Assembly: GCA_016870485.1 (NCBI GenBank)
Contig: VGBM01000001.1
Location: 293,068 to 357,067, forward strand
Length of the DNA: 64,000 nucleotides
Reading direction: 5' to 3'
From: Actinomycetota bacterium
Lineage (GTDB): Bacteria; Actinomycetota; Thermoleophilia; Gaiellales; F1-60-MAGs149
In this document: positions 41,607 through 52,297 of the stretch, piece by piece
Numbering within the stretch: position 1 is the first letter of the stretch
How the letters are laid out: every line of letters starts with the position of its first letter
Program-made: the position numbers and the translations under genes
The notes under the pieces: generated by a model
What the model was told of the DNA's origin: nothing
The model's database searches: none
The model's input: only the letters and a program-made list of their open reading frames with translations

Positions 41607-42962
41607 TTGACCGGCGACGCGGCGTCCCAGCTGGTCGCCGAGTCGCCGAGCGCCATCTGGCGGCGCGTCGAGTCCACGCTGGGCGAGCTGGGCGGCGGGG
41701 TCGTCGAGGGCGAGGTCCAGCAGGTCACGCGGGCCGCGTCGGGGCACGTCTACCTCGACCTGTCCGACGGCGAGGCGCGGATCGGCTGCGTGATCTGGCG
41801 CTCGACCGCCGACGGGCTGGGCGAGCTGCCCCGCCAGGGCCAGCTGATCCAGGCCCGCTACCGCCGGATCCGCGTGTACGCGCCGCGCGGCACGGTCTCC
41901 CTCGAGGTCGACGCGATCCGCGCGGCGGGCGAGGGCGAGCTCCTGCGGCGCGTCCAGGAGGTCCTCGCCGGGCTCGTCGCCGACGGGCTGACCGACCCCG
42001 AGCGCAAGCCGCCCCTGCCCGCCTTCCCGCGCCGCGTCGGCCTCGTCACCGGCCGGGCGTCCGACGCCGAGGCCGACGTCGTGCAGGCGCTGCGCGACCG
42101 CTTCCCGCCCGTCCGGATCAGCGTCGCGCACGCCCTCGTGCAGGGCGTCGACGCCGTCAACTCGCTGATCGACGCGCTCGGGCGGCTCGCCTCCGAGCCC
42201 GAGGTGGACGTGATCGTGCTGGCCCGCGGCGGGGGCTCGGTCGAGGACCTCCTGCCCTTCTCGGACGAGCGCCTGTGCCGCGCCATCGCCGCCCTCGACG
42301 TGCCCGTGGTGACCTCGATCGGCCACACCCGCCAGCGCCCGAACTGCGACTTCGTCGCCGCCGCGGCGGCCGAGGTGCCGGCGCGGGCCGCCGAGCGGGT
42401 CGTGCCGAGCGCGGCCGAGCTCGCGACGCGCCTCGAGCGCACCGGCGACGACCTCGCCGGCTGGGCCGCGGCCACGCTCGAGCGCGCCACGGGCCGCGTC
42501 GAGCGGTCCGCGATGCGCCCCGCCGGGCAGGCCGCGCTCGTAGCCCGCAGCGGCCGGGTCGACCTGGCGGGCCAGGCGCTCGCCCACGCCGCGGAGCGCG
42601 CCACGGGCGATCCGCGCGAGCGCCTCCTGGCCGCGGGCGGGGTGCTCGGCCGGGCGCTCGGGCGGGTGCCGCAGGCCGCCACCCTCGACGCGGCCCGGGC
42701 GCGCCTCGGGGCCGGTGCGGGCGCGCTGCGCCACCGCCTCGAGCTCGGCGAGCGGTCGCTGGCCGGGGCGCTCGGGCTGATCCGGGCGCGCGACTGGCGC
42801 GAGCGCGGGTTCGCCCTCGTGCGGCTGCCCGACGGGCGGCTCGTGCGGGACGTCGGCGACGTCGCGCCCGGCCAGGCCGTGACGATCGAACTCGGAGGCG
42901 GTACGCTCGAGGCCGAGGTGCGCGCGGTGCGCCCCGAGGACGCGGAGGACGGCGCGGCGTGA
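41607..42962 (+). CDS. xseA: Exodeoxyribonuclease VII large subunit
   Basis: GEVQQ..SGHVYLDL, LPAFPRRVGLVT, VIVLARGGGSVEDL, IGH. Confidence 0.94.
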   Translation: MTGDAASQLVAESPSAIWRRVESTLGELGGGVVEGEVQQVTRAASGHVYLDLSDGEARIGCVIWRSTADGLGELPRQGQLIQARYRRIRVYAPRGTVSLEVDAIRAAGEGELLRRVQEVLAGLVADGLTDPERKPPLPAFPRRVGLVTGRASDAEADVVQALRDRFPPVRISVAHALVQGVDAVNSLIDALGRLASEPEVDVIVLARGGGSVEDLLPFSDERLCRAIAALDVPVVTSIGHTRQRPNCDFVAAAAAEVPARAAERVVPSAAELATRLERTGDDLAGWAAATLERATGRVERSAMRPAGQAALVARSGRVDLAGQALAHAAERATGDPRERLLAAGGVLGRALGRVPQAATLDAARARLGAGAGALRHRLELGERSLAGALGLIRARDWRERGFALVRLPDGRLVRDVGDVAPGQAVTIELGGGTLEAEVRAVRPEDAEDGAA

Positions 42963-43213
42963 CGAAGCCGAGGAAGGTCTCGTTCGAGGAGGGGCTCGAG
43001 CGGCTCGAGGAAATCGCCGAGCGGCTCGGCGAGGCCGAGCTGTCGGTCGAGGAGACGATCCGCCTCCTGCGCGAGGGCAAGGGCCTCGAGCAGGCGCTGC
43101 GCGCGTACCTGGAGACCGCCGAGCGCGACCTCCAGGAGATCGAGGCCGGCCGCGGCCTCGACGCCTTCGTGGTGGACCGGCCGTCCGACGACCCTGCCGC
43201 CGCGGGCGCCTGA
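42959..43213 (+). CDS. xseB: Exodeoxyribonuclease VII small subunit
   Basis: From GTG 42959: SFEEGLERLEEIAERLGEAELSVEETI. Confidence 0.88.
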   Translation: MTKPRKVSFEEGLERLEEIAERLGEAELSVEETIRLLREGKGLEQALRAYLETAERDLQEIEAGRGLDAFVVDRPSDDPAAAGA

Positions 43214-43244
43214 GCGCGTCCCGGGCCGCCGTCCGGGCTCTGGC

Positions 43245-44285
43245 ATGATGCCGCCGATGGAGCACGTCTCGCAGGCGCTCGACGCCGACTGCCATCCGGC
43301 GCCCCTGCCCGCGCTCCTCGGCGACACCGTCCCGGTCGGTGAGCACTTCGTGCGCAGCCACTTCGGCACCCCGCGGATCACCGAGGACGACTACACCCTC
43401 GAGGTGACGGGCCTCGTCACGCGCCCGCTGCGCTGGCGCCTCGCCGACCTGCGCAAGCTCTCGCACGTCGCCCGGCACGTCGCGCTCGAGTGCGCCGGCC
43501 ACCGCCGCACCGAGCTCGACCCGCCGGCCGCCGGCGTGCCGTGGGCACTCGGGGCCGTCTCGCACGCGCGCTGGGCCGGCGGCTCCCTGGCGGACCTCCT
43601 CAGCATTGTGCGGCCGCTGCCCGAGGCGACGCACATCGTCTTCCACGGCGCGGACGCGGGCGCCTGCGAGGAGCGCGACGCGCCCGAGGCCTTCGCGCGC
43701 GCGCTGCCCCTGCGCGACCCCGTGGTGGGCGACGCGATCCTCGCCTGGGAGATGAACGGCCGCGCGCTTGCCCCCGAGCACGGCTATCCGGTGCGGCTGG
43801 TCGCCCCCGGCTGGTACGCCGTCTCTTCGGTGAAGTGGCTGACCCGGATCGAGCTGATCGCCGGCGACTTCGACGGCTTCTTCCAGGCCGTCGACTACCG
43901 GCTCGTCGAGGCGGGCGAGGACGGCCCCGGACGCGAGCTGACCCGGATGCCCGTCCACTCGCTGATCGTGGCGCCGGCCGACGGGGACGCGGTGGCGGCC
44001 GGACCGGTGCGGGTCGAGGGCGTCGCCTGGGGCGGCACGGGCGGCATCGGCCGGGTCGAGGTCCAGGTCGGCGACGGCGAGTGGCGGATGGCGCGGATCG
44101 ACCCGGGCCCGGGCCTCTTCGCGCCGACCCGCTTCTCGCTCGAGGTCGAGCTGGCCCCGGGCGAGCACCTCCTGCGCAGCCGCGCCCGCGACCGCGACGG
44201 CGCGGAGCAGCCCGCCGCGACCCCCTGGAACGCCCGCGGCTACGGCGTGCACCACGTGCGCGCGAGCCGCGTCACGGCCCGCTGA
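43245..44285 (+). CDS. Sulfite oxidase-family molybdoenzyme
   Basis: FVRSHF, LECAG (Mo-ligand Cys), HGYPVRLVAPGWYAVSSVKWL, WNARGY. Confidence 0.92.
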   Translation: MMPPMEHVSQALDADCHPAPLPALLGDTVPVGEHFVRSHFGTPRITEDDYTLEVTGLVTRPLRWRLADLRKLSHVARHVALECAGHRRTELDPPAAGVPWALGAVSHARWAGGSLADLLSIVRPLPEATHIVFHGADAGACEERDAPEAFARALPLRDPVVGDAILAWEMNGRALAPEHGYPVRLVAPGWYAVSSVKWLTRIELIAGDFDGFFQAVDYRLVEAGEDGPGRELTRMPVHSLIVAPADGDAVAAGPVRVEGVAWGGTGGIGRVEVQVGDGEWRMARIDPGPGLFAPTRFSLEVELAPGEHLLRSRARDRDGAEQPAATPWNARGYGVHHVRASRVTAR

Positions 44286-44301
44286 CCCCCGCCGTTGCGC
44301 G

Positions 44302-45150
44302 CTAGCGTGCGCCCGGGCGGGTCGTGCTCGCGGACGCGGCGGCAACCGCATCGCGGACGGCGGCCTCGAGGCCGAGCCCGGCGGCGAGCCCGGCGGCGAG
44401 GGTGCCGCAGAGGGCGTCGCCCGCGCCCGTCGTGTCGACGGCGTCGACCACGGGGGCGGGGATGCGCGTGGCGGCGCCGTCGGCGCGGACCAGGGCCCCG
44501 GCGGCCCCGAGCGTGACCACCACGGGTGCGCCGCTGAGGGCGGCGAGCCGCTGCGCCGCGGCCGCGGGGTCGTCCGTGCCGGCAAGGGCCGCGGCCTCGT
44601 GCTCGTTGGGCACGAGCACGGGCCCCGCCGCGAGGAGCGCCGGGTCGAGCGTGCGCGGCGGCGCGGGGTTGCAGACGACCGTCCAGCCCGCCGCGCGCGC
44701 CGCCCGCACGGCCTCCACGAGCACGGCGTCGGGGGCCTCGAAGGAGAGCAGGACGCAGCCGGGCCCGGCGTCGAGGAGCCCCGCGGGGAACGGCCCGATC
44801 GCGCGGTTGGCGCCCGGCGCGACCGCGATCTGGTTGCGACCCTCGCCGTCCACGGCGATCAGGGCGACCCCCGTGTGCGCATCCGCGTCGCGGGCGACGT
44901 GCGCGACGTCGATCCCGAGCGCGGCGAGCTCGGCCAGCGCCGCGTCGCCGTCGGAGTCCGTGCCGACCCGCCCGACGATCGCCGTGCGGGCCCCGGCGCG
45001 GGCGGCGGCGACCGCCTGGTTTGCGCCCTTGCCGCCGCCGTGGCGGGCGAAGCTGCCGCCCGAGACGGTCTCGCCCGGGGCGGGCAGACGCGGGAGGCGC
45101 ACGACGAGGTCGACGTTCACCGACCCCACGACGACGACGCGGCCCGCCAC
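44302..45150 (-). CDS. rbsK: Ribokinase (PfkB family)
   Basis: From GTG 45150: VVGSVNVDL, GGKGANQAVA, PNEHEA, VDTTGAGD. Confidence 0.9.
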   Translation of the reverse strand: MAGRVVVVGSVNVDLVVRLPRLPAPGETVSGGSFARHGGGKGANQAVAAARAGARTAIVGRVGTDSDGDAALAELAALGIDVAHVARDADAHTGVALIAVDGEGRNQIAVAPGANRAIGPFPAGLLDAGPGCVLLSFEAPDAVLVEAVRAARAAGWTVVCNPAPPRTLDPALLAAGPVLVPNEHEAAALAGTDDPAAAAQRLAALSGAPVVVTLGAAGALVRADGAATRIPAPVVDAVDTTGAGDALCGTLAAGLAAGLGLEAAVRDAVAAASASTTRPGAR

Positions 45151-45263
45151 ACGGCCAAACCTACCAGCGAACACACGTGCGGCGTCGTCACGATTCTCGC
45201 TTTTCCCCGTGGCCCGGGTGTGGCAGGATGGGCCGGTCCGCGTTTCCCGACAGGCCCCCTCGC

Positions 45264-46431
45264 ATGCCCGCACGCCCCCGCCTGAGCACCCGCGCCGCCG
45301 TCGTCGCGCTCGTCGCCGTCGCGCTGCTTGCCCCTGCCGGCGCTGGCGGGCGCGAAGGCGTCGCTGAAGGTCGGGTTCCTCGACAACACCTACGTCACCG
45401 CCCAGTCGGCCGCGTTCTGGGCGGACGTGGACCAGCTCAACGTCGGGATGATGCGCTGGGACGTGCAGTGGAAGTACGTGGCGCCGACGAAGCCCGCCAA
45501 GCCGCGCGACCCGGCCGACCCGGCCTACCAGTGGGGCGAGACCGACGCCTTCGTGCTCAACGCCACGGCGCACGGGCTGCAGGACCGCGTCCTCTTCACG
45601 CTCTGGCGCACCCCCGTCTGGGCCTCGTCCCTCTCGAACACGAAGGCGATCGAGACGCACATGCCCAAGACGCAGTACTGGCGCGACTTCGTCTACGCCG
45701 CCGCGAAGCGCTACTCGGGCAGCTACGTCCCGCCCGGCGCGACCGAGCCCCTGCCCCGCGTCGTCCTCTGGGAGACGTGGAACGAGCCGAACGCGTACTT
45801 CGCCTTCCGCCCGCAGGTCGTCAACGGCCGGGCCGTCTCGCCGCGCAACTACACGACCCTCCTGCGGATCCTGCGCAGCCAGGTCGAGCCACAGATCCCG
45901 AAGGCCCGCTTCCTCGCCGGCGCCCTCTACAAGCAGGGCGGGCCGCGCAGTGTCACCCCGCTCGACTTCCTGCGCGGCATGCAGGCCGCCGGGGCGCGCT
46001 TCGACATCCTCTCGGTGCACCCCTACAACAACACGCCGCGGCTCGGCCTCAAGGACGGCGCGAACCAGAGCCGCACGAACCCGTCCTTCATCGGGATCGG
46101 CAACTTCGACACCTTCATCACCCTCGCCAACCAGATCTTCGGGCGCAAGTACCCGATCTGGGTGACCGAGTTCGGCTGGGCGACACCCGCCGCGGACAAG
46201 GCCCAGTACACCGTCTCGTTCAAGCAGCAGGCGACCTTCCTGTACGACTCGGTGCAGCGCTTCAAGCAGCTGCCCCAGGTCGAGGTGATGATCTGGTTCC
46301 TGGTCGAGGACAACCCGCCACGGACCGAGGGCGCCTGGTACACGACGGGCCTGCGCAAGTCGACCGGCGTGCAGAAGCCGTCCTGGCAGAGCTGGATCGC
46401 CGCCGCGGGCACGCTCGCCAAACAGCACTAA
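45264..46431 (+). CDS. Secreted clan GH-A glycoside hydrolase (GH5/GH39-like); signal peptide displaced by a +1 frameshift
   Basis: ATG 45264 encodes the signal peptide MPARPRLSTRAAVVALVAVALLA. The catalytic frame (45328..46431) has WNEPN (acid/base) and WVTEFGW (nucleophile). One extra C in the run at 45331-45334 separates the two frames. Confidence 0.8.
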
Positions 46432-46531
46432 CCCGCGCGCCGGCCGCGGCCTGCGAACGTGGGGCAGTATGGGGCGGATGCCGGGGACCGGAAGGCAGGG
46501 CTGCGCCCGCGGGGCGCGAACTCGTGCGGCG

Positions 46532-48022
46532 ATGCGCGCGCGTCTCGCCATGGCCGCGATCGGCGCCGTCGCGGCGTGCCTCGGGGCGCTCGCCCCGGCC
46601 GCGGCCGCGCAGACCGCGACGGGGATGCCGCCGCGCCCGCAGCAACTCGGCTCGTACTGGATCACCTACTACTGGTTCGTCCCCGAGTCCGCCTTCACGG
46701 GCGCCCGCATCGTCCCCGAGGGCCTGAAGACCGCGTACCGCGAGGACTTCCTGTACTCCGCGCGCGGCATCGCGATGCAGGGCACGGGCACAGCCGACGA
46801 CGGCAAGATGCTGCACTGGCGCAGCGGCGCCGGCCCGTGGGTCAACAAGGAGGGGCTGGAGACGCGCACCTCGGCCGCCGGGTTCACGAACGGCTCGCCG
46901 TACGCGCGCCCTGGCGGCTGCGTGTGGTGGGCGCTCGACCCGGCGACGGGCCGCCCGCACCCCGCGGCGACCGACACCCTCCGCCCCACCTTCCCGAACG
47001 AGGACGGCAGCTGGGCCAACCCGCCCGCGAACCCGATCGCCTATGCGCCGATCTGCGACCGCGCGGCCGTGGCGGCCGGCGGCGAGGACAACAAGGCCGT
47101 CCGCAACTACCCGGACACGTTCGGGATCGGGATGGGCACCGCCGTCATCGCGTGGGAGTCGATCGCCACGGACCGCTCCGTGATCCCGAAGGGCGCGCGC
47201 ATCTACATCGAGGCGCTCAAGAACACACCGGCGCAGGGCTGCTTCTCCGCCGACGACACGGGCGGCGCGATCATCGGCAAGCACATCGACGTGCTGGTCC
47301 CGTACGGCACGAAGGGGCTGCCCTCGAAGGGCGACCTCCTGCTCCTGCCCGACGGCGTCGACTGCCCGCCGCCGACCGCGCTCGCCCCCGGCCCCCTCGG
47401 CGACCTCACGCTCTCCTACCTGGTGCCGGCCGCCGAGGCCCAGGCGCGCGCCGCGACGGCGCCGGCCGGGGGGCTCACGAGCCGCTTCCGCGAGGACTTC
47501 CTGTACGGCACCGACGGCGTCGTGGCCCGCTCGCTCGGCACCACCGCCCGCGGCCGCCAGCTGGTCGCGCTCGGCGGCGGCTGGTGGGTCGACGCCGCGG
47601 GCCGCAAGACCGTGCTGCGGGCGGACGGCACGTGGTCGAAGGGCGCGCCGAAGTGGCGCGACGGCGGCTGGCGCACCCGCCGGGGCCGCCCCACCTACCG
47701 GCGCGCGGACGGCAGCTGGGCCTGGGGCGTCGGCGTCCGCCAGCTCGCCTACCGCGACCGCTTCCGCTGGGCGAAGGCCGGCGAGTACGTGCCGTGGAAG
47801 TCGACGGCCGCCGCGAAGGCGACGGCGCCCGCCGGGACGCTCCTGCGGGTCGGCGGGCTCGCGTCCGCCCCGTGCCTCGTCGTCACCCGCGCGGCCGAGC
47901 TGCCCGCGAACACGCTCCAGGTCGTCGTGCCCGCCGGCACCGACCTCGCGACGCTGCCGACCCTCGGGCCGGCGACGGTGCTGGCGGCGAACGCCGCCAC
48001 CGGCGACGGCTGCCCGGGCTAG
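46532..48022 (+). CDS. Secreted 3D-domain (MltA/RlpA-like) protein with internal duplication
   Basis: Signal peptide from ATG 46532; ADDTGGAIIGKHIDV (three-Asp 3D motif); REDFLY occurs twice. Confidence 0.75.
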   Translation: MRARLAMAAIGAVAACLGALAPAAAAQTATGMPPRPQQLGSYWITYYWFVPESAFTGARIVPEGLKTAYREDFLYSARGIAMQGTGTADDGKMLHWRSGAGPWVNKEGLETRTSAAGFTNGSPYARPGGCVWWALDPATGRPHPAATDTLRPTFPNEDGSWANPPANPIAYAPICDRAAVAAGGEDNKAVRNYPDTFGIGMGTAVIAWESIATDRSVIPKGARIYIEALKNTPAQGCFSADDTGGAIIGKHIDVLVPYGTKGLPSKGDLLLLPDGVDCPPPTALAPGPLGDLTLSYLVPAAEAQARAATAPAGGLTSRFREDFLYGTDGVVARSLGTTARGRQLVALGGGWWVDAAGRKTVLRADGTWSKGAPKWRDGGWRTRRGRPTYRRADGSWAWGVGVRQLAYRDRFRWAKAGEYVPWKSTAAAKATAPAGTLLRVGGLASAPCLVVTRAAELPANTLQVVVPAGTDLATLPTLGPATVLAANAATGDGCPG

Positions 48023-48038
48023 GCGTCACACTGCCCCG

Positions 48039-48716
48039 GTGACGCTCGTCGCCGCCCTCGCGATCGCGATCGCCTGCGTGGCGGTCGCGGAGCCGCGCCT
48101 GCTCGGCCGGGCCTGGCCCGACCCGGTGCTGTCGTTCGGGGCGGGCATCGGCATCAGCTACGTCGTCCTGCACCTGCTGCCGGAGCTCGCCCGTGGCGTC
48201 GGCACGATCTCCGATGGTGTCGGCGCAGACCTGCCGACCGGCGAGGTCCTGGTCTACGGCCTCGTCCTCGTGGGCATCCTCGGCACGCTCGCCCTGCGCG
48301 CACTCCAGCAGGGCCGCCACGGCCTCGCCCCGCATCCGCGCATCCGCCTCCTGCAGCCCGCCCTCGCGGCCCTGATCGTCGGCTACCTGCTGGCCGTCCA
48401 CGACGACCCCGAGATCCAGCCCGTGCTCGTCTTCGCGCTCGCGATCGGGCTGCACATCGCGCTCAACGTCCATGCGCTCGCTACGAAGCTCGGCTCGCCG
48501 CTCGGGGGCGTCGCCCTGGCCGTGGCCATCGTCGCGGGCTACGGGCTCGGCTCGGTCGCCGAGGCGCCGGCAGCCTGGGTCGCCGGCATCACGGCGCTCC
48601 TCGCGGGCGGCGTGATGACGCGCACGATCCACGAGCTGCTCGACGAGGAGCGCCATCTCGTGGCGCTGACCCTCGGCGCCGCGGCCGAGAGCGCGCTCCT
48701 GCTCGCCCTCTTCTAG
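48039..48716 (+). CDS. Integral membrane protein, ZIP-like
   Basis: 7-8 TM segments; SFGAGIGISYVVLHLLPEL and GLHIALNVH resemble ZIP metal-transporter-like motifs. Confidence 0.65.
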   Translation: MTLVAALAIAIACVAVAEPRLLGRAWPDPVLSFGAGIGISYVVLHLLPELARGVGTISDGVGADLPTGEVLVYGLVLVGILGTLALRALQQGRHGLAPHPRIRLLQPALAALIVGYLLAVHDDPEIQPVLVFALAIGLHIALNVHALATKLGSPLGGVALAVAIVAGYGLGSVAEAPAAWVAGITALLAGGVMTRTIHELLDEERHLVALTLGAAAESALLLALF

Positions 48717-48719
48717 GGA

Positions 48720-49988
48720 TTAATCGAGGATGCTGCCGACGTCGGCGAGCACGCCTTGCGGCTGCCCTACGGGCGGCGGCCAGTCGCACGAGGGGTCGGG
48801 TGGCGGATCCGCGAAGCGCGCGTACAGCCACGGCACGACGGTGACCGCACCGACCTGGAGCGCCTGGATATGGCCGACCCCGCCCAGCCAGACCATCGTC
48901 AGGTCGGCGCCGGCGCCGCACCACTCGACCTGCAGGGCGGCGTTCGTGGCGGGCGGGATCACGGAATCGCCCGTGCCCTGCAGGACCATCAGGGGCAGCC
49001 CGTCGGGCGGCGGCTGCGGGGTCTGTGCGGCGACCGCCTCGTACATCCGCGGGTCGGCCACCGGGTTGCCGTCGAAGAACGGCACGCCGAGCGCGGCGAC
49101 GCCCATCGCGGCGATGGTCGGGACGGGGATGCCCTCTCCGAGGCAGGCGTCGGCGACGGGCCGGTACCAGCGGCGGCCCGCGTCGGAGACGACGCGGTCG
49201 TAGTCGACGTCGGGCGTGACGGCCGGCCAGGAGGCGTAGACCTCGGCCCCCACGCCCCAGCCGATGCCCGTCGACCACTGCGCGCCGACGATGCGCACGA
49301 GATCGGCAGCGGGCGCGATCGCCCCCGCGCCGACGAGCTCGCGCTCGGGCATCAGCTCGGCGGCGAGCTGGGCGGTCCAGAGGGCGGCGTGCCCGCCCTG
49401 CGAGTGCCCCATCACAGCCCACGGCCGGCCCGGTTCGGCGCCCGGCACGTCGTCGAGAGCGCGCACGGCGTTGACGACGTCGTGCGCCTCGGCACGGCCG
49501 AGCAGGTACTGCGGCGGGCCCGCGGTGCCGAGCCCGGCGTAGTCGGTGGCGACGACGGCAAAGCCCAGCCGGACGGCCTGCGGGATCCACTCGCGGCCCG
49601 GCCCGACGGGCTCCTTGCGGCGGCTGGGCGCACAGCCGCGGCCGAGTCCGATCGTGCCGTGCGCCCAGGCGAGAACGGGACGCCCCGCGGTGGGCGCCGG
49701 CTGCGCGGGCACGTAGGCGATGCCACCGGACACCGACGGCGAGCCGTCCTCGCGCACGGACCGGTACAGGATGCGGTACGCGGTCGCGCCCTCGACGTCG
49801 GCGTCGGGCAGGGACTCGACGCGCAGGAGCGTGCCCGGTGCGGCTTCCTCGAACCCGTCGGGCGCGGCGTAGAAGGCATCGAGGCCGTCCTGGCGGTGCG
49901 CGTCGGCGACGCGGTGCGCGAGCGCAGTCAGGCCGGCGCCGGCGGCGATTACCCCAAGGGCGACGAGGATCCCGGTCTTGATCGACAT
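48720..49988 (-). CDS. Secreted lipase (LIP/alpha-beta hydrolase family)
   Basis: From ATG 49988: AWAHGTIG, GCAPS, ATDYAGLGT, GHSQGG nucleophile elbow, QGTGD, H near the C-terminus. Confidence 0.9.
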   Translation of the reverse strand: MSIKTGILVALGVIAAGAGLTALAHRVADAHRQDGLDAFYAAPDGFEEAAPGTLLRVESLPDADVEGATAYRILYRSVREDGSPSVSGGIAYVPAQPAPTAGRPVLAWAHGTIGLGRGCAPSRRKEPVGPGREWIPQAVRLGFAVVATDYAGLGTAGPPQYLLGRAEAHDVVNAVRALDDVPGAEPGRPWAVMGHSQGGHAALWTAQLAAELMPERELVGAGAIAPAADLVRIVGAQWSTGIGWGVGAEVYASWPAVTPDVDYDRVVSDAGRRWYRPVADACLGEGIPVPTIAAMGVAALGVPFFDGNPVADPRMYEAVAAQTPQPPPDGLPLMVLQGTGDSVIPPATNAALQVEWCGAGADLTMVWLGGVGHIQALQVGAVTVVPWLYARFADPPPDPSCDWPPPVGQPQGVLADVGSILD

Positions 49989-50035
49989 CGCGGCGATGCT
50001 ACCAAGGGGCCGATGGGCGCCTGCCCGCCAATCCC

Positions 50036-50197
50036 TCATTGACAGGAAGGTGGGGGTACCGAGCGGTCGTCCCGGACGAGGTACGCGCGGAAGGCGGCCT
50101 CGGGCAGCGTGCCGTCGGCGCTGCCCTGCACGAACGGGTGCCGGGTGCAGGCGCACCAGTCGTCGGTGCGGGCGTCCCGCAGGTCGCCGATCAGGAC
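50036..50197 (-). pseudogene. TenA/thiaminase II N-terminal remnant
   Basis: W..CTRHPFVQGSADGTLPEAAFRAYLVRD matches the TenA N-terminus; the similarity stops after about 45 codons. Confidence 0.65.
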
Positions 50198-51360
50198 GCG
50201 GGCAGCCTCGGGGGGCCGGATTCGAGCGCATCCATCTGCTCGAGCTCCGTGCCCTTCGTCTCGCGCACGAAGCGCCACACGTAGAGGAGCGACAGCACCG
50301 CAGATACGGCGAACAGGCCGCAGGCGATGCCGAGGCCGACCTGCACGAGCTCGGGGAACCTCTCGGAGACGACGAAGTTGGCGATCCAGTTGGCCATCAC
50401 GCCGACGGACAGCGCGGCGGCGCGGACGCTGTTCGGAGACATCTCGCCGAGCAGGACCCACACGACGGGGCCCCAGCTGGCGGCGAAGAAGGCGACGAAC
50501 ACGTTGAGGGCGACGACGGCGATCGGCCCCTGCGCGCCGTCGAGCTGCGGCTGGCCGTCGACGCGGCCCGCGGTCTCGAAGACGACGGCGAGGGTGCCGA
50601 GGCCGAGCGCCATGCCGACGCTGCCGACGAGGGGCAGCGGCTTGCGGCCGACGCTCTCAGATCAGGTTGGAGTAGTAGAAGACGGCGTTGCTGCCGACGA
50701 ACTGCTGGAAGACGGCGATGCCGATGCCGATCCAGACGACGGGCAGGAGCCCGGAGCCCTTCGCGCGCAGGTCCGAGAGGCGCGAGGCGCGGTCGTCGGC
50801 GAGGGACGCGCGGATCGCGGCGAGCTTCGGGGCGACGTCGTCGACGTAGATCGACTGCAGCACGGAACGGGCCTCGCCGTCGCGCTCGGCGTCGACGAGG
50901 TAACGCGGCGATTCGGGCAGGCGCGCGGTGAGCAGGCCCCAGGCCGTGGCCGGGACGACCATCAGCAGGAACATCCACTGCCATGCCTCGAGCGGGCCGA
51001 GCGGGTTCGAGGCGGAGTCGCCGGCGAGGTTGAAGATCACCTGGTTTACGAGCTGGGTCGCGAAGATGCCGATCACGATCGCGAACAGGAAGAGCGACGA
51101 GAGCCGGCCGCGGAGGTGCGCGGGGGCGATCTCCGCGATGTACATGGGCGAGACGACGGCGGCGAGGCCGATCGCGAAGCCGCCGACGACGCGCCAGGCC
51201 GTGAAGTCCCAGATCCCGATCGGCAGCGCCGTGCCGACGCCGGCGACGAGGAAGAGCAGCGCCGCGACCAGCATCACGCGGCGCCGGCCGAAGCGGGCCG
51301 CGATGCGGCCGCCGACAAAGGCGCCGAGGGCGGCGACGAGCGCGAGCGCGACGACGCACC
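50191..51360 (-). pseudogene. Sugar porter (MFS, GlcP/GalP-like) pseudogene in two pieces
   Basis: RFGRR, MYIAEIAP..RG, LPESPRYL, FQQFVGSNAVFYY then a stop at 50657; the C-terminal piece has SWGPVVWVLLGEM and ETKG..LE. TM1 and an internal segment are missing. Confidence 0.85.
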
Positions 51361-51631
51361 CGCTGCGGACGCACTCGGGCGGCCCGTCGGGGCCGGGGGC
51401 GGCGGGGGCGTGCATCGCGGCGACGGTACCGGTCGGGGGCCGCCGGACGCCGGGATGATCCGTATCCGATGCGTCGGAAAAACACATAGGTGAAAAACAA
51501 TCTCTGTAAGTTCCAATGCCATGCAAGAACTATTCGTACTCTGCCTATGAATGCCGCGAGTCGCGTGTTTACCGGTGCGTCCGTACATCGCTTGGCCCTA
51601 TGCCGATTGGCTACCCGGGTAGGATCCCGGC

Positions 51632-52261
51632 GTGCAGCTGCCCCTGACCCCCGACGAGCTCCTCACCACCACCCGCGCCGTGCGCAAGCGCCTCGACCTC
51701 GAGCGCCCCGTGCCGCGCGACGTGCTGGAGGAGTGCGTGGCCCTCGCCCTGCAGGCCCCGAGCGCCGGCAACACGCAGACCTGGTCGTTCGTGATCGTCA
51801 CCGACCAGGCCGCGAAGGACGCCGTCGCGGGCTGGTACCGGACCTCGTTCGCGGCCTACGCCGCCGCGGGCGGCCCCGTGGAGGCGATGGCCCCCGCCGC
51901 GCGGCGCATGGCCGAGTCGGCGCAGCACCTCGCCGACCACATGCACGAGGTGCCGGCGCTGGTGATCCCGTGCGTCAAGGGCCGGCTCGAGCACCGCGCC
52001 CTCGACGGCCAGGCCGCCGGCTGGGGCTCGATCGTGCAGGCCGGCTGGAGCTTCTGCCTGGCCGCCCGCTCGCGCGGCCTCGGCACCTGCTGGACGACGC
52101 TGCACCTGACCTACGAGCGTGAGGTCGCCGACGCGCTCGGGATCCCGTTCGAGGAGGTCACCCAGACGTGCCTCCTCCCCGTCGCGTACACGAAGGGCAC
52201 GGACTTCAAGCCGGGGCCGCGCACGGACGCGGCCGACGTGATCCACTGGGACCGCTGGTAG
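51632..52261 (+). CDS. Nitroreductase family protein
   Basis: LLTTTRAVRKRLD, ALQAPSAGNTQTWSF, LAARSRGLGTCWTT. Confidence 0.92.
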   Translation: MQLPLTPDELLTTTRAVRKRLDLERPVPRDVLEECVALALQAPSAGNTQTWSFVIVTDQAAKDAVAGWYRTSFAAYAAAGGPVEAMAPAARRMAESAQHLADHMHEVPALVIPCVKGRLEHRALDGQAAGWGSIVQAGWSFCLAARSRGLGTCWTTLHLTYEREVADALGIPFEEVTQTCLLPVAYTKGTDFKPGPRTDAADVIHWDRW

Positions 52262-52297
52262 CCGCCGGCCCGTCACCGCCTCGCCACCCGCTCCCGG

